A stretch of 57,430 nt of DNA from a virus: IMG/VR virus record IMGVR_UViG_3300045988_128708; one strand, written 5' to 3'. Positions 54,638-57,430 of this stretch are shown one piece after another. Under the pieces are notes generated by a model. The model searched no databases. It was not told the origin of the DNA and saw only the letters and a program-made list of their open reading frames with translations. The position numbers and the translations under genes are program-made. Positions within the stretch are counted from its first letter, which is position 1. The number at the start of each line of letters is the position of its first letter.

Positions 54638-54877
54638 CTAATCATCTGCCCCACGAGAGCATGAAATAAGCGTAGATTGCTTGATTATAGCGCGTTTCGT
54701 GCATAATGTACCATTGCCAGACAACCCGGCATGAAGCAAATAATTCTTCGTTGCGCCGATCTGTTCAGCCGTCAAAACCGTATAAACCGCGGAAATGCTG
54801 CTAAAGTACCAGTCTTTCCGCCTCGTTCCATCTATATTGTGCAGCAGATGCACATGTATTACCTTTGCCATATTCAC
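54638..54877 (-). CDS. Hypothetical 79-aa protein (mirror of 2554..2793)
   Basis: Exact copy. Confidence 0.45.
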   Translation of the reverse strand: MNMAKVIHVHLLHNIDGTRRKDWYFSSISAVYTVLTAEQIGATKNYLLHAGLSGNGTLCTKRAIIKQSTLISCSRGADD

Positions 54878-55023
54878 TCGTTTTGTTTCTGCAAATATAC
54901 CAAATAATCATTATATGGAATAATTTCGCAATATAAAATTTCAGAAACACCATAAAAAAAAGTGGCCTCAGCCACCATTCTACCCCACCCCACCCCAACA
55001 CCAACCACCAACAGAAACGCAAT

Positions 55024-55104
55024 ATAAACCGCCCGTAAGCCCCATGTAAACCACAGGAGCCTCAACAAGCCCCAAAAGTAAACCAAATGTAAGCCTATGT
55101 AAAC
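55024..55104 (-). repeat. GTTTACA-type heptamer cluster (mirror of 2327..2407)
   Basis: Exact copy. Confidence 0.4.
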
Positions 55105-55263
55105 GCTTCGTTTTACGCCGTCATTTCAACCACACACGCCTAACTCGTTGAAACACAAACCCCTCACCCATTTTTCAGCCGACCGACTCATATACGCTTC
55201 GTTCTGTGCCCCATATGAGAATACTGAATAAAACATAAACAAACCAAGATAAAAAAACGAATA

Positions 55264-57430
55264 ATGAAGCTGAAAAGATTTTTAAACGCCTCCATGATTC
55301 TTGCATTTCTCGCTATGTCGCAAACGGCGCTTGCCCAAGCATTCACAGTGCAAGGCAGAGTCGTTGATGAAAGCGGAGAGCCGATGATCGGAGTCGCCGT
55401 CACAAACAAGGACGGCAACACGCTCGGCGTTACAGACGCAGACGGCAGATATTCAATTGAATTGAACTCTCCGACCAAATTGAAATTCACGTTTGTAGGT
55501 TCTGAGACGATAACAATCGATGCAAAGAAGGCAACACAAAAGGATATTGTCATGCGTCAGACGGCAACTGCCCTTGACGATGTGGTCGTTGTGGGATACG
55601 GCACACAGAAGAAAATAAACCTTACCGGTGCCGTACAGAGCATCAACAGCAAGGACATCCTCAGAGCCAACGTCTCCAACGGCTCTTCTGCCCTCCAGGG
55701 CATCGTGCCGGGACTTACAGCAGTGCAGAGCTCCGGACAGCCTGGCAACGACCAGGCCTCTCTGAAACTCAGAGGACTGGGATCGCTCAACTCATCCACA
55801 TCACCGCTCATTCTTATCGACGGCGTGGAGGGCGACTTCAACCGAATAGACCTCAACAGCATCGAGACGATATCAGTTCTTAAAGACGCCGCCTCTGCAT
55901 CAATCTACGGTTCGCGCGCGTCAAACGGTGTAATCCTGATTACTACAAAACGCGGCTACGAAGGCAAACCGACAGTTACTTTCAACGGCTACGTAGGAAT
56001 GAACACTCCCACCACCCTGCCAGAGCCGGCAACTGCCATCGAATATATGCAGGCTGTCGACATTGCCCGTCAAAACGCCTTGCAACAACCCCTTTACACA
56101 AACGTAATAGATATTTACAAAAATGGTGGCGTTGACCAAATCAACTATTACGACACCGACTGGCGCAACGAAGTGATAAAGAGCTCGGCTATTGTGCAAA
56201 ACTACTCCGTGGGCGTGAGCGGCGGCAGCGAATTCATTAAAGTTTTCGCCTCTGCCGGATACTACTCACAAGACGGTTTGATTGACAACAACAAGTTCTC
56301 ACGCACATCATTGCGCTTAAACTCAGACATGAAAATCAACAAATGGGTGAAATTGGGAATCGACGCCAGCGTGCGCCAAGCCAATGCCACATCGCCCGTT
56401 ATGGACTCCCCTGCCAATATCATCGGCAAAGCGTTGACAATGACACCTATTATGTCGGGAATCAACGCCGATGGAACATACGGATACGGCATCAACGGCA
56501 CAAACCCTATAGCAATGGTCAGAACAGGATGCACATCAAACAGCACTGCTCCTGAATATATCATCAAGACATCGCTGACAATCACTCCGCTGAAAGGTCT
56601 TTCAATCTACGGAGCATACACCTGGAAGCGCAACGATGGCGAGACAAACGCATTCGTAAAGCCTTACGACACATACGAGAACGGAGCTTTCAAAGGCTCG
56701 TTCCCGACAACAGGATCATCGATGTCGGACCAACGCACAAAGCAAGTGCGCAAGCAATACGACCTGATTGGAACATACGAAAACACTTTCGGCAAGAACT
56801 ATCTTAAACTCCTGATGGGCTTCCAGTCGGAAGAGCTCAACTACTCATACCTGATTGCCGGACGAAAGAATTATTATTACGACGGCTACCAAGACCTCAA
56901 TAACGGCGATGCCGCGACAATGACAAACTCAAGCGCACGCCACGCATGGGCGATGCTCTCATACCTGTTCAGAGTAAACTATTCTTTCGACGACAGATAC
57001 CTGTTTGAGGTCAACGGACGCTACGACGGAACGTCGCGATTCATCGGCAACAACCGATGGGGTTTCTTCCCTTCTGTTTCTGCCGGATGGAGAATCTCGG
57101 AGGAGGCATTCTGGGAATCAGCCAAAAACGTCATGGACAACTTCAAGCTGAGAGCATCATACGGTCTGTTGGGCAATCAGGCGATAAGCAGCTACTACCC
57201 TTATTCGGCATCTATCGGAAGCTCAACAGGATACGGATACTGGTTTGACAAAGAGTTCTCTCCTGGCGTGGCACAGACTCAGCTTGCAAACCCTGACATC
57301 ACTTGGGAGAAATCACACCAGTTCGACATCGGCGTCGACTACGCTTTTCTGAAAAACAGATTGAGCGGTAGTTTCGGCTCAAGCAGAATTTCCGGTGCAT
57401 GGATTTTTCGAAAAGTGTTAAATTTGCAGC
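55264..57430 (+). CDS. SusC/RagA-family TonB-dependent receptor, N-terminal part (mirror of 1..2167)
   Basis: ATG at 55264. Open to the window end. Confidence 0.9.
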   Translation, partial: MKLKRFLNASMILAFLAMSQTALAQAFTVQGRVVDESGEPMIGVAVTNKDGNTLGVTDADGRYSIELNSPTKLKFTFVGSETITIDAKKATQKDIVMRQTATALDDVVVVGYGTQKKINLTGAVQSINSKDILRANVSNGSSALQGIVPGLTAVQSSGQPGNDQASLKLRGLGSLNSSTSPLILIDGVEGDFNRIDLNSIETISVLKDAASASIYGSRASNGVILITTKRGYEGKPTVTFNGYVGMNTPTTLPEPATAIEYMQAVDIARQNALQQPLYTNVIDIYKNGGVDQINYYDTDWRNEVIKSSAIVQNYSVGVSGGSEFIKVFASAGYYSQDGLIDNNKFSRTSLRLNSDMKINKWVKLGIDASVRQANATSPVMDSPANIIGKALTMTPIMSGINADGTYGYGINGTNPIAMVRTGCTSNSTAPEYIIKTSLTITPLKGLSIYGAYTWKRNDGETNAFVKPYDTYENGAFKGSFPTTGSSMSDQRTKQVRKQYDLIGTYENTFGKNYLKLLMGFQSEELNYSYLIAGRKNYYYDGYQDLNNGDAATMTNSSARHAWAMLSYLFRVNYSFDDRYLFEVNGRYDGTSRFIGNNRWGFFPSVSAGWRISEEAFWESAKNVMDNFKLRASYGLLGNQAISSYYPYSASIGSSTGYGYWFDKEFSPGVAQTQLANPDITWEKSHQFDIGVDYAFLKNRLSGSFGSSRISGAWIFRKVLNLQ

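Larger units (their letters stand above)
41652..57430. repeat. Right arm of the perfect 15,779-bp inverted duplication
   Basis: Reverse complement of 1..15779. All features below are exact mirror copies. Confidence 0.95.

Noticed and set aside
41652-57430. Treating the right arm as an independent second prophage copy
   Set aside because: Identity is perfect over 15.8 kb and includes the flanking host susC fragment up to the contig end. Independent insertions would have different flanks and some divergence.

Overview
The window is a Bacteroidota chromosome fragment: a truncated SusC/RagA-type TonB-dependent receptor gene next to a Mu-like transposable siphovirus prophage. The phage has a repressor, a large transposase followed by an AAA+ ATPase, Mu F/gp29/gp36-like head genes and a TP901-1-like tail. 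It also carries a diversity-generating retroelement (DGR). By gene content it resembles the Bacteroides Hankyphage type, but I cannot confirm that without a search. The dominant structural fact is that the window is a quasi-palindrome. Bases 1..15779 are the exact reverse complement of 41652..57430 (x pairs with 57431-x), around a unique 25.9-kb core (15780..41651). The duplicated arm contains the host susC fragment, the phage end repeats, the whole early operon, a DNA-modification cassette and the DGR reverse transcriptase. The inner arm boundary falls exactly where a ~120-bp DGR-type repeat begins, at the 3' end of a 2,256-aa tail-fibre gene (C-type-lectin-like variable region). I therefore read the two innermost ~120 bp as the template repeat (TR) and variable repeat (VR) positions. 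The arm duplication is either an assembly or recombination event through that repeat, or a genuine palindromic rearrangement. Both copies are identical and adenine-depleted, so no A-to-N TR/VR mismatches can be scored here. Other items worth a second look:
- a DGR RT with a ~110-aa C-terminal extension, ATGA-coupled to a 161-aa ORF, with no Avd
- a thymidylate-synthase-like plus Dam-like methyltransferase cassette in the same transcription unit
- a giant fibre combining LamG-like, CotH-like, LRR and CLec-like parts
- a tRNA/tmRNA-3'-like element inside the early operon
- GGGGTTACA-type repeats near the phage end
- a 21-bp perfect dyad in the divergent late control region
- an A AAA AAA -1 frameshift site in the tail chaperone genes
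- an overlapping spanin-like lysis pair

All functional calls come from motif recognition and synteny by eye. No database search or folding program was run.
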